A stretch of 62,160 nt of DNA, filler included, from Globobulimina sp. (lineage: Eukaryota): assembly GCA_003354225.1 (NCBI GenBank). It is 16 parts of 16 records of this genome, joined end to end, with 100 filler letters (N's around TTAATTAATTAA, not from the genome) between each part and the next. Parts side by side here need not be neighbours in the genome. Positions count along the whole stretch, not along the records: positions 1 to 3,795 come from PIVH01002079.1; positions 3,896 to 7,690 come from PIVH01002080.1; positions 7,791 to 11,584 come from PIVH01002081.1; positions 11,685 to 15,478 come from PIVH01002082.1; 12 more parts are not named here. The stretch is one strand, 5' to 3'. Of the stretch, positions 1-11,884 are shown piece by piece. Under the pieces are notes generated by a model. That model worked only from the letters and a program-made list of their open reading frames with translations. It did not search any database and was not told where the DNA came from. The translations under genes were made by a program, and so were the position numbers. The stretch's first letter is position 1. Every line of letters begins with the position of its first letter.

Positions 1-1
1 T

Positions 2-731
2 GAAGTAGAAAATTATAAATGGATTACATTAAGGTATTATAAACCGGTACCTGTTGTAGTCATAGATATGTGTTGTTACGTTTATATGCAGTGAGCAAAC
101 ATGGAGCAATCATTCGTTGTGTTTATGTGGAAATAAATTGTTTTTAATTGGTGGAGTTAATGAAGGAAATAAAAAAGGAAATGTAACAAACAGTGTTGAA
201 ATATTAGATTGCTCAAAACTTGCAAACTTATATAATGAGGATCATTGTAAGAAGAGCAATAAATATGGAATGAAATCTGTTATGTTGACATCAAAAATGA
301 ATGTTTGTCGGGTATTTGGATGTTGTGATGTTATGAATGTCAAAAATAACCAGATAGTGATTGGTGGTGGATATGAAATGTCAAGGAATAGGTACAGTGC
401 TAGCTATAGTAGGATGCGTGGGGACAACGCATCAAATTCAATTGAATTTTATGATCATAATAAAGATAAATGGATGTTGCATGGCGCAACAACAAAATTC
501 CCGCACCAAGAAGCAAGATTGTGGTGCTCGGGGAATTTATTATTTATTGTCGGTGGTTGCTATTCTCAACGTGGTTCCGGTATTGCTAATGTAGGTAAAA
601 TTGAATGTATTGACATTCGAGATAATACAAATAAATGGCGGGTATTGGATGCAAGAGATATACAAAAACTTTATTGTTTATACAACCAACACGATTCGAG
701 CTCATATAAGACTCAAGGAATATTTATTTAG
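2..731 (+). CDS. Kelch-repeat beta-propeller protein, 5'-partial
   Basis: Repeated hydrophobic-GG motifs (LFLIGG, IVIGGG, LFIVGG) followed by E.YD...W (SIEFYDHNKDKW). Intron 34..91 (GT..CAG) joins ...WITLS-EQTWSNHSLC in frame. Confidence 0.8.
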
Positions 732-1027
732 TTTGTGAATACTCATATTTCCACTGCGGATCTGTGAATACTGAATACGTTTTTATCGAGGTCTATAACT
801 CAAAATAAATAAATTAATTAATGACAAAATAATTCAACGACATTTAAGAAAAAAATAAGCTATTTTTATACAATCCTATTCGTTAAAACAATACAGATAC
901 ATTTAATACGCTGTTTCTAAATCCATTTCTTTTCTAAATAATTCTTGTGCTTCATCCAACTATTTATAAAACATTTACATACAATTTAATAAAAGATTGA
1001 CATACAAATGATACAATATATTAAAGC

Positions 1028-1723
1028 TTATACCTTGGCGAAAAACGTATAATTGGATATAAACACAGCAGACCAGAACACAAATACTATTCCAATATAA
1101 GTTGATAGATATTCTCCGTCAATTCCATGCCATTTAAATGCTGAATATAGTATAACAACTCCATGCGTACTGCTCCAGATAATAATCAACCATTTGGACC
1201 ATACTCTATATTTATATATTCCAAAAATAATTGCCATTGGAAATATAATTTCAACGGATGCAGATACTGCTACATAAATATCCTGCATTATTAAGCCATA
1301 AATAAACAAAGCTCCGATAAGTACAGTAACAATGGTCCAAAATATAACGGATACAATTTGCCAACATTTCCCTCCGTTATTACTGATTTTGTTTGACATA
1401 AATTGTATTTTTTCAGCAACTTCATCGTCTGTTGTTTCATCATGAAAAGGATCCACTAATATTGGTTCGGATTCAGAAGACATCAAATCATTAAGCTTTG
1501 CTATTGTTGCTGGGGTTTGTATCAATAACACAATGGCTTTGCCTATATCTCCGTTGGCTTCATTTAATGTGATCTATGTATATTGGTTTGTATATGATGC
1601 TGTTAATACAAACATGTACAATCTGACATTACAATGCTTAACTTTGATGATAGACTGGTCAATGGAAGGAAATAATTCAATCAAATTTCCAAGTTTATTG
1701 TTTGCCTCAAGATGCTTTGCCAT
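1028..1723 (-). CDS. CUE (ubiquitin-binding) domain protein with about 4 C-terminal TM helices
   Basis: Exon 1 is 1723..1643 (MAKHLEANNKLGNLIELFPSIDQSIIK), intron 1642..1574 (GTTAAG..TAG), exon 2 is 1573..1028 (ITLNEANGDIGKAIVLL...). This gives the CUE signature FP...L....GD...AI..LL. Confidence 0.75.
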
Positions 1724-1915
1724 GCTGGATTAGAGTTTTTTTGTGCCAGTCACTATCAATCCCCATCGAACATGCTGTGTTGATCTACTTCCAAAATCAC
1801 ACTTAATCACTCGTCATCCACCAATCTAACTAACAGTAAAATGGTACTATCCATCTACAAAACAAATTAGACGATCTAACAAAACCATACGTTTAATATT
1901 AACATAAAATATGAA

Positions 1916-3262
1916 TTGAACAACACACAGAGTCTTGTTGCAAACAAAAGGAAAACACATCGTTCCAAATCACTCTCCCCTTCACCCATCAACCCATATA
2001 ACCAACGAACCTGTAAATATCATCACGGCAACAAAAAAATCGACACCTCCGCCTCCTCCACCTTTGCCTGCAACGACTGCAAATCCAAAATAAAGCGCTA
2101 TGGCATCATTTACGGCTGTCTACGATGCAAATTTTATTTATGCCAGCCCTGTTTTCGTAAACCTTCCTGTCCCAATGGCCATTTATTGAAACCAACGCAC
2201 GTCAGCCGCAATACCACCTGTTCAGTCTGCAAATATAAATCGAAAAAGCAGCGCCTCCAAATGTATCAGTGCAACCTCTGCAAATTCAAAATGTGTCTCG
2301 GCTGCTATTCGTATGAGACTTGCAGCGGCAATCACGGATTGAAATGGATCAAAATCAAAAGCACGACGCACAAATCCATGGTAAACTGCCATAAATGCCA
2401 ACGTATCTTCAAAATCAACAAATCCTTATTTATGTGCAAGAAATGTAAGTACGCTCTGTGCGGCGACTGCTACCAACCTTCGCTGACTCTAAAATCAAAG
2501 ATCCATCGCCAGCAGAAAATGAATGAGAAAATCAGATCCAATCAACAGCAGCACATTGAACAGAATATGATGAACGACAATGACGGACTGGGACAGGAGA
2601 ACCAGCTGCTATTTGAGCACGAAGAAGAGGAGAAATCCGTGGTTCTGACGGATGACCACTTGGCAGTCCATAACCACAGTTATGCCGCCAATCTGTATGG
2701 GAGTGCTGCTGCAGCACAGGGACAGGCACAGCCGCTGCCTCCGCCGCAAGGCCAAGGCCAAGGACAAGGCCTCGGGTTTGCGCAGTCCTATCACTCCTAT
2801 TCGCATAGTAATAGTCTGCAAAGTGCGTCCAAATCGAGGGAGAGGGAGCGGGCCAAAAAGAAAAAGAAATCAAACAAAAAGAAAGAAGCGAAAAGCAGCA
2901 AAACAAAGAAGAAGAAAACCAAAACAAAGGCTGCGCAGATCAACAATGGGAATACGCCGAGTTTGAGTTTGAGCGCAACGAGTTCTGTCAATATGCCGTG
3001 TATGCCGTATAACGAGAGCGAGATTAATGAGTTTAGTTCGAGTTTTTCTGGGATTGAAAGTTGTGCGCCGTCTGAGATGACTCGGATACCGTCGATATTA
3101 ACGGATTGCTGCATTTGTATGGAGAGAGACAAACGAGTGGCGTTCCTGCCGTGTGGACATTATATTGCATGTGAGAAATGTGCGAAATTGTTAAAAAATG
3201 ACACGGGAATGTGCGCCATTTGCAGTATGAAGATACAATCTATTCTTACAATATATGAATAA
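1916..3262 (+). CDS. Cys-rich zinc-finger repeat protein with C-terminal C3HC4 RING (likely E3 ligase); true start uncertain
   Basis: Three CxxC..CxxC..LCxxC repeats, a low-complexity Q/K/S middle, and C-terminal CCICMERDKRVAFLPCGHYIACEKCA...CAIC. Confidence 0.85.
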   Translation: MNNTQSLVANKRKTHRSKSLSPSPINPYNQRTCKYHHGNKKIDTSASSTFACNDCKSKIKRYGIIYGCLRCKFYLCQPCFRKPSCPNGHLLKPTHVSRNTTCSVCKYKSKKQRLQMYQCNLCKFKMCLGCYSYETCSGNHGLKWIKIKSTTHKSMVNCHKCQRIFKINKSLFMCKKCKYALCGDCYQPSLTLKSKIHRQQKMNEKIRSNQQQHIEQNMMNDNDGLGQENQLLFEHEEEEKSVVLTDDHLAVHNHSYAANLYGSAAAAQGQAQPLPPPQGQGQGQGLGFAQSYHSYSHSNSLQSASKSRERERAKKKKKSNKKKEAKSSKTKKKKTKTKAAQINNGNTPSLSLSATSSVNMPCMPYNESEINEFSSSFSGIESCAPSEMTRIPSILTDCCICMERDKRVAFLPCGHYIACEKCAKLLKNDTGMCAICSMKIQSILTIYE

Positions 3263-3501
3263 TATATGTATAAACAAATGTGATCCAATCAATATATTGT
3301 TGTTAAAATTTCCATTTTTCTTTGTTGGTTAGTTTTTATTGCGTTTCTAATTTTAGCTTTATATGATCCTTATTTCGTATTAAATTGTTCAATTTATCAG
3401 TTTTGTTTGAGGTTTTCACAGAACAACATTCTAAATTTGTGTAACCTCTCTTTTTTCTTTATCACACTGAACAAACGCAACATAATATTTTTAAAAAATT
3501 A

Positions 3502-3795
3502 TTACAATGGATTCACACAAAAAGAAGGGAATTTACCATAACGAGGATGATTATTTTGTTCAATCTCTAATTTATAATTATATTTAGCATATTTGATTGA
3601 ATGTTTATTTATTAATTCATTTAATGATTGCATACTATTTTTTGGATGCTGAATATCAATAAATTTCCATGTATTATTTTTATTTGATAAATACGATAAT
3701 ATTTGCAATAAAAATCCATCTGTTATTAATATTGATGCAATTTTTTGATAACTATCCCACTTATTTTCTATTTTATCAATACGTTGAATATAAAT
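3502..3795 (-). CDS. 3' end of hypothetical protein, truncated by contig edge
   Basis: Frame is open from the contig edge (IYIQRIDKIENKW...) to TAA at 3502; no recognisable motif. Confidence 0.45.
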   Translation of the reverse strand: MYIQRIDKIENKWDSYQKIASILITDGFLLQILSYLSNKNNTWKFIDIQHPKNSMQSLNELINKHSIKYAKYNYKLEIEQNNHPRYGKFPSFCVNPL

Positions 3796-3895
3796 NNNNN
3801 NNNNNNNNNNNNNNNNNNNNNNNNNNNNNNNNNNNNNNNTTAATTAATTAANNNNNNNNNNNNNNNNNNNNNNNNNNNNNNNNNNNNNNNNNNNN
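3796..3895. other. Artificial contig spacer (first of 15)
   Basis: N44-TTAATTAATTAA-N44, with stops in all six frames. The others start at 7691, 11585, 15479, 19373, 23266, 27158, 31050, 34941, 38832, 42722, 46612, 50501, 54389 and 58276. Contig lengths decrease from 3795 to 3785 bp. Confidence 0.99.
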
Positions 3896-4982
3896 TCTGA
3901 AACTCACAGTTTACTAAATCCAGAATATAATCACATGGATTGCAATAATGAGGCACATAAAAATCAATATTTCTTATATATGACACCAACTTATTTACTT
4001 TACCAAAATACATAGTTCTGCCAGATTCCAACACCATCATTGTAAAGTCACTGAAAATAATTGAAATAAAATCAATATGCAAAGTGTTTCTGTTATACTG
4101 CAATATATATTTACTTAACTTCTCCGCCATCATATCGAATATCTTAGACGATGGTTGATGTATAGTGACAATAATAGTATGTCCTTTTTTTGATAATGTA
4201 TTAATAACATTCATGATTTTATAAGACGACGCTGAATCTAATCCAGACGTGATTTCGTCCATAAACAATAGCGAGGGCTGTCCCATCAATTCAAGTCCAA
4301 CCATCAATCGCCGCTTTTCTCCGCCAGATATTCCTTTAATAAATACATTGCCAATCAAGTTATTGGCGCATGAGTTTAATCCTAACTCTTCGATTGTATT
4401 TTGAACCAATTCATGCCTCTCTTTGTGCGATTTCTTTGGTGCTTTTAATATTGCTGAATATGACAATGATTCCTGTACTGTTAAGGAACCGCATAATATA
4501 TCTTCTTGACCAACATACGCTGCGTTGCCGGAATAACCCATAATATCATCAGAGATTGTATTCTTTTTCTTTGCTTTTCCACGATAATAAATATCGCCAT
4601 CTGTGGCATTCCGTAAACCACAAAGTGTTTCTAATAATGTGGTCTTACCGCTGCCCGATGGTCCCAATATGCATAACACTTTTCCGGGTTCAATGTATCC
4701 TGATATTGAGGTTAATATTTGCTTATCTTTGACGACACACGTTAGGTTTTTCCATGATAAACCGACTGATTGTTTGATTTGACAATAACTGTTTAATGCA
4801 TTAACTCCCGCTTTATTCATCTTCAACAACTCGTTTGAATCATTTATAACTTGATTGTGGTGATGATTGACTCTATATCTGTCATCATTTATATTTTGGT
4901 AATTCTGTGCTCTCCACGGAGCGGTCATTATTAAAGTGTTAAGTTCCTGTTTGATGTATTCATGTGAGTTCATGTTTGTCAT
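3896..4982 (-). CDS. ABCG (White/BCRP-type) transporter NBD, 3'-truncated
   Basis: Walker A GPSGSGKTT, signature ISGGEKRR, Walker B LFMDEITSGLD, H-loop TIHQPS, and NPCDY motif. Probable intron 4119..4051. Confidence 0.95.
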
Positions 4983-5042
4983 TGTGCACACCCGGAGACT
5001 GACTCAAAAAAATATTATCAAATTAAAAACTTCACATTTTAA

Positions 5043-6280
5043 ATGTTGCGACTTACAATATTGACTTTTTTGTTGGTGTGTTTGATTTCAAATGCAAGCA
5101 ATGTGCAATTTAAGTATCCAACGTCTCTGGCAAAACTTTTATCAGATTCAAAAACAAAATACAATGATGCCATACTCGGAAATCCATTGTTATACCGGAA
5201 ATGTTACCATGCATTAATTGACGAACACAAGCATAACTTGAATTATTTAGCAAATCATGGATTGCCACAACCATGGTTCTGGTCACGCGAATCCATTGAT
5301 GCTGTTTCAAAAGTAAAACATTGCAAAGAGTGTTAAAAGTGAGTCATGCGTTGGAATTAAAGCCAAAATCTATTATTGCATTGCAGAATGTAATGACAAT
5401 GGATTATGTTTACAGAGACAATGTATCAAAGCAACAGAAAATGGCCAAACAAAACGCAGACACTGTCACAACAAACAGCACAGTTTACCTATCACCACAA
5501 AAAAAACTGCAGCTTATGAATGATGTGAATAAAAATGTGAATAAAAATGTGTATTATTATCACATCCCCAAAACAGCATCGTCGACCATTGGTGGCAGCA
5601 TATTGGGGAAACACATGAACTTTTCTGGTGCTCTGATCTCAGAGAATGCACTGACAAAAACAAGCTGTGGTTTTACGTGGGTTCGCCAACCAATCGATCG
5701 CTTTGTGTCTGCGTATTACACTGTAAATCGATTGATTTATGGGCATAATTTGGAGAAAAAAAAGAATCAATACGACCATTGGAAGTTGTTTAAATGGTAT
5801 AATGTGACGGGAGAACCGCAGAGAATATCTGCATTTATTGATGATTTGTTGCAATTTAAATATGACTTTATTGAGACTACTCCGTTGGAACATGTATCGT
5901 CGCAAAGTGGATTGTTGAGTATTCCTCAAAGTGACATACATTTTATTGGGAGACTTAGTAAATTGAAGGAACATTGGAATTTGTTAAGAGAAGTATGTGA
6001 TGATATATTTATTGACGCGATGCCGAACAAACATATTCAGAGAATGGCGAGTTACGGTACTCGGCATATTGAGAGAGAAGAGTTTAAACCGTATGCAAAA
6101 ATGATGGGTTTGTTAACGTATAAGACAGATGATGTGTTGCCTGGATATAAAGCTATTGCTGATGATTACACATTGTATCATAAACTTGTCGAGTATTATA
6201 AACAGGATTTCGTTTGTTTTGGTTTTGAACCGAATTTTATTGAATTTAGGAATAAAATCTATAATAAAAAGGATATATGA
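5043..6280 (+). CDS. Golgi-type (Sulfotransfer_2) sulfotransferase
   Basis: N-terminal signal anchor. PAPS-binding motifs HIPKTASST and VRQPIDRFVSAY; C-terminal YYKQDFVCFGF. Intron 5313..5386 joins the two ORFs in phase 0. Confidence 0.85.
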
Positions 6281-6449
6281 TTCAACGTGCATAAATAATC
6301 AAAGTGATGGAACAAATAATGAATTACCATCACTTATAAATTGTAACTACTTTTTTTTGCATTCTTTTGACGGATATTTGTGCGTTTCTACTCTCTGTCT
6401 CAGACTAAACTATTTTCCCCACATTTAACCAACCATTTAACAACAAACA

Positions 6450-7690
6450 ATGTCGAAAAAAGGAAAAAAGATAAAATTGAGAACCAGCTTAGATGTATAT
6501 CACAGACTGATTCATGACTCAACGTTGCCAATCAATACGAACAACGTAGCTATAGGTTATACCGATGGCAGATACGAAGAAATTAGACACCTTCCATTGT
6601 ATGAATGGGTACTGATAGATAAAGGCGGTGATATTCCAATGCATCATGTGGTCTATTTCAAATATAAAGATATAATTCTTTGGGATAAACGAATAAGATT
6701 AGATCGGTTGTATGGATCTGGAAATACCACAAAATCACAATTGTTACTACAAGTTTTAAATGAAAACAGTTATAATGATGAAAACATTTCTCATTCACCA
6801 AACAAACAAACGTTTGAATATCCGCCGTCTGGTAAAATCACCGCTAATCCACGACAAGAAACAGCGACCGATGCAAAATTAACAAAAAAGGGAATCACAA
6901 TGATTTCATATATTTATTCATTTGGTGTTATTGGCTATAAATTTCAATATATATATAAAGAATTAATGCCATTATATCTTGTAATCCAACACCAAAACAA
7001 TAAGGAATGGTCATTTCCAAAGGTTTATTACTTTATTTGTGTTTAATTTATGTTTTTGAAATTATTATATGTTTAATTTAGGGTCGTTATGAAAATGGAG
7101 AACATTGTCATGGATATGATACAGCAAAACGAGAATTTGAGGAAGAGAGTGGAATATCATTCAATAATAATAATATAAAAGCAATCGATTGGGAAAATCC
7201 ATATATTTGTCATTATGAATATAAATGGCGACATAAATTAATTCGAAAATGGACTGTTTTGTTTGCTGCACAATTAACACTGACTGCAGCTCCAAATATT
7301 ATTCGACAAAAAGAAATTGATGATATTAAATGGCTGAATTTGCAACAATTTAATCGAAAAAATAAACATAAAGAATATAAAAATATCATTGCAAAATTAC
7401 ATAAAAAATTAATGCAACAAATAGCTGCAGACAATGACAACGTTAACAAACAAGACTATAAACACGAAATAAAAGAAGAGCAAAAATGTTCAGAGAAACC
7501 TGCCAAACAATCAACAATTTATAATACACAAAGAAAAAGTGTCAAAGATTTAATTGGCGAAATAGATGAAGTGATAAACTTTTTAAGCTCCAAATTATGT
7601 GTCGAAGAAAAGGAAATAAAACCTGAGGAAGAAGAAAAGGACCATTTTGGGGAAAGGAAACAACGCAAGAAACGAATAAAATATTTAATG
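6450..7690 (+). CDS. MJ1316/DUF504 RNA-end-recognition domain fused to a Nudix hydrolase, 3'-truncated
   Basis: LRTSLDVYHRLIHD...IGYTD...IPMHHVVYFKY...LWDKRIRLDRLYGSG is MJ1316-like. After intron 7023..7081: WSFPK-GRYENGEHCHGYDTAKREFEEESGI, a Nudix box. Confidence 0.8.
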
Positions 7691-7790
7691 NNNNNNNNNN
7701 NNNNNNNNNNNNNNNNNNNNNNNNNNNNNNNNNNTTAATTAATTAANNNNNNNNNNNNNNNNNNNNNNNNNNNNNNNNNNNNNNNNNNNN

Positions 7791-8237
7791 CTTATTCCAA
7801 TGAAAGAACTGTGTTTGCCGCGCAAACCTTTCCTGAATCATTTCATAACATTTCTTGAACTCTCTTTGTAAATGATCAAAATCTGTGAATAGCTTTATGG
7901 CTACCAAGTGTTTTAGGTTTAAGCCAATCTTTCTTGCTCTGTTTGTTCTGGCAAAACAGACACATCTCCTTAGCATTTCATTCCATTGCGGGGTTAATAA
8001 TTTTGCAAAATCGTTGTTCAATATTTCCATTTTGGGGTTTGCAAATTTAGCCTTTTCCACAACAAATGGTGAACCAAATTGTAAATCTGCATAAAACAGT
8101 AAGCATAAATCAACAATTCCTGTCGGTATGCAATGTCGTTGCGGCAATAATGATTGTTCTGCATTGTGAAAGTACCCAGAGACTATTTTATCTGTTTCTC
8201 CATCAACACATCTGAGTTTCTCTTGTATTGTTATCAT
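7791..8237 (-). CDS. Hypothetical protein, 3'-truncated
   Basis: ATG-initiated frame open to the contig edge; contains HLVAIKLFTDFDHLQREFKK; no confident family assignment. Confidence 0.6.
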
Positions 8238-8288
8238 TCTTAGTTAGGCTTGTGAATAAATGTGAAATGTAACTTAAAAACGTCAAAA

Positions 8289-11081
8289 ATGAACAACACA
8301 ATCCTTGCTAATTTATCCAATGTTACAATTGAAACAACACCTTCCCCAACAACGCTGTTTCAGAAACTTGGATATCATGTTCCAACTACAGCTGAATTCA
8401 CTACACAATTAAAAATATCAATTCCGATCAGTATCGTATTCATAATCATTTATTGCATTGTTCGTAAATTTTTTCCACGCACATTTGAATTAAGAAAGAA
8501 ATTATCGCAGAATCTAATATCTGGTAACGAGCAAAACGAAAATGCTGATTTTGATATGGACCAAAAAGAGTATGATTTAAAAAAGGAAAAACAACCAATT
8601 ACTTTCCCAACATTATCCAACGGATATTTTATGTGGATGTACGATGTCTGGATAATGGATACAAATACCTTTTACCTCCATGCTGGATTTGATGCATTAG
8701 TGTTTAGATTGTACCTCAAAGGCTGTGTCTATATATGTTTAGCCTCATTGCCTTATGCATTGTTGATATTGTTGCCAGTTTATGGCACATCAAAAGTTTA
8801 GACTTTACAATACGTTTTGCTTTGTGTCATAGTATCAATTACACTGACTTTATACAGTTACATGGAGGTTGGTTGGATGAAGTGTCATTAAACACTGTTC
8901 CTGAAGGGTCCAATAGATTGTATGCAGCCGTTGTTGGGTCGTATATATTTTCCTTTATCGCATTATATTATTTGTCCAAAGTATATTTAGCCGTTGCTTA
9001 TGCCACCGATCAATTCTTGATTGGATCCAGACAGTTAGACGATATCAGCAACATTTCATGGTTCAATTATAAGGAAGCAATTAATAATATCATCGATTTT
9101 AATATAAACTTAGCAAAGAAACCTATGGATATTGTTGGCGATATATATGCAAAAGGGCACAAATTAATTAACAAACAGCAAATTAGATTGTCACACACTG
9201 TAAATATTCCAATTGCAGACAATGCGTCGGGAAATATTGAGATGGATTCAATGGAAGAACATAAAATGATGAACATTGATGATGAAGAAAAGGAGATTTC
9301 AGCGCAGATCACTGAAGAAGAGAGAGTTGCTATGATACCACCAATTGATCGCTATACTGTAATGATTCGAAATTTACCGACACAATTTCGTGATGAAAGC
9401 ACCTTGAAACAATTCATGGAACAGTTATTTCCAAATAAAATAGCGCGGGTTGTTGTGGTTCCAGATGTGAGTGAATTGACTGCCATTCATAAACAAATCC
9501 GAAATCATCAAAAGAAACTGACAAAATTAGCAGAAAAACACGATTTCAGTTTGAATGATTTATATGATGACAGTAAGGTATGTCCATATAACATGTCTCG
9601 ATTTTTGTAACAAATAATTATTTGAATATAAGTTACCTGAAATATTAGAAGGCACAAAATGTTGTGGATGTTGTGGGGATAAAATCAATCTGATACAATA
9701 TCACAGAAAGAATAAAGATGCGCTGATCGCGAAATTTATCAAAACCAAAACCCACGGATTGCATACAACGCCCACAGCATTTATAATATTTAATAGTTTG
9801 GCTCAAGCTACGATATCAGTATCATCGCCGATACGTTTTGGATTAACTACGTTAAAAGTCTCAAAAGCGCCATATCCAAATGACTTATATTGGAACAACT
9901 TGAAATTTAAAACAAATGATTTGATTTTCAGCAATTTATTGGTAGCGATAGCAGTGTTTTTCTTATTGATATTTTGGTCAATTCCAGTCGTAGCCATCCA
10001 AGCTTTAGCAAATTTGGACGCAGTCTTTACATTTTTTGGTGGAAATGCACATGAAACATTAGGTGGTAAAGAACGCGTAGCGACATTGCAGGGAGCACTT
10101 ACTGTGTTAATACTCGATTTATGGTTGGGAATATTGCCAATTATTTGCGAGATATTGACATTTATACAACGCAAAGCGTACAGAGGAAGACATGAAATGT
10201 TGGTGATGACGAAATATTTTGATTGTTTAGTATTTATGGTGTTGTTAGTTACTGTGGTGTCTGGGTCAATAATCAGTGGAGGAGAGGATTTCGCAGATTA
10301 CGTATGTACGCTCTGCCAAACAATAGTATAAATATTAACTTTTGTCATGTTTCAGGCACAGAATATTGTGGGCTCTATGAGTGGGATTATAGAGACATTG
10401 GCTGATGGATTATCCAGAATGAGTACATATTTTTTGTTGTATGTTTTATTAAATGCATTTCTATGGCTTCCATTTGAATTATTTCGGCCTGGCTATTTTA
10501 TAATGCATAAGTTGAAAATTCCTGAAGCGAATAGGTTTCATTATTCCGTGTGGTATGCAAAAACCATGTTAATTTTATCAATTTTGTTGACGTATTCTGT
10601 GATGAATCCGATTATGTGGATATTTGGTTTGGTATATTTTGTGTTTGCCACATTTGTGTTCACTTATAATTTATCAATGTCGTGGTGTCCAGAATTCGAA
10701 ACTGGCGCAAAACAGTGGCCGTTGGTGTTTGGTAGGATAAGATTTGCATTTTTAATATCTATATTCACTTTGATTGGGTTGATGACATTTAAACAAAAGT
10801 ATATTTGTGCTGCGTTGTTGTTGCCTTTGGCTGGATTTATTTGGTTTATTACGGGGAATATAAATGTTAAATTTAGGACAATTTTCCGGGTGACATCGTT
10901 GACTTCGGCCAGACAAAAAGATAAACAAATTACCAAATTTGTAAATAATGGAAATGCAAATACGTCAAAACATTTAGGTGATAATATCAAATTAAAATAT
11001 GTATATTTACCGCCAATTATGGCTGTTAATTATACAAAAGATAAACTAAAATACTCACCACCTCATTTGCAAACTATTTGA
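8289..11081 (+). CDS. OSCA/CSC1/TMEM63 mechanosensitive cation channel
   Basis: Motifs GFDALVFRLYLK, LLPVY, YTVMIRNLP, AFIIF, APYPNDLYWNNL, FETGAKQWP. In-frame introns 8796..8857, 9578..9632, 10302..10355. Confidence 0.92.
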
Positions 11082-11226
11082 ATTTTTGATTTTAGAGTAG
11101 TTTTTTTTTTAGTAATTGAAAGTTGTTCGTATTTGTTGTTTGCGTATGATTGGAGTCTTTAATCCTCTGTCGGAAGGAAAGATTTATTTCCCACCTTGTC
11201 CAGAAGAAAAGGAAACAGCATATTAT

Positions 11227-11297
11227 TATCGCTTAGCTCAAGAAGAGCCCTGGATGGATGGGTCCAGAAGATTCGGGTTCAAATCCTGATGCGACCG
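11227..11297 (+). pseudogene. Degenerate tRNA-like sequence (tRNA pseudogene or SINE head)
   Basis: TA-GCTC-AAGAA-GAGC D arm; CTGGA/TCCAG stem with an abnormal 8-nt loop; TCGGG-TTCAAAT-CCTGA T arm; only 4 of 7 acceptor pairs. Confidence 0.6.
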
Positions 11298-11479
11298 CAC
11301 GTACACAAACAGACATCGAAAAGAACGGATCTGTTGAAAAGTTTTTGGAAAATTCAGTGCATATCGGAAAGCCCTACTTGCGTTATTGCATAAGTTTTTA
11401 CCATAAATATTTTTGTGCCATTCAATAGCAATATATATAGCTTACCAATAATTATGTTATGCCCAAGAAATAAGCGAAA

Positions 11480-11524
11480 GACTCAGTAGCTCAATTGTAT
11501 AGCTATAGAGCGTGTGTCTGAAGG
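11480..11524 (+). pseudogene. tRNA-Phe-like 5' half fragment
   Basis: GACTCAG-TA-GCTC-AATTG...TA-GAGC-G-TGTGT-CTGAAG (GAA anticodon context). No T arm before the contig end. Confidence 0.4.
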
Positions 11525-11884
11525 AGATTGCAGATCTTCAAACAAAATAAAAATCAACAAAAAAAATAGAGTATTATTTGCATTNNNNNNNNNNNNNNNN
11601 NNNNNNNNNNNNNNNNNNNNNNNNNNNNTTAATTAATTAANNNNNNNNNNNNNNNNNNNNNNNNNNNNNNNNNNNNNNNNNNNNAAGGGATAAAAGAGGA
11701 TGTAAAAAGATTATATTGGAACAGAAAGAAAGAGGGTATAAAGTGCATGAAGTGTATATGTAAAAAAGTAAAATGGAAAAAGAATGGAATAAAACACAAT
11801 GCAAATTACATTTAATGAACCAATGTTTTTTTTTGTCTTTTTTGGATGCAAAAGTTTTATGACATTTTGAGCATTTGTGTTGTT

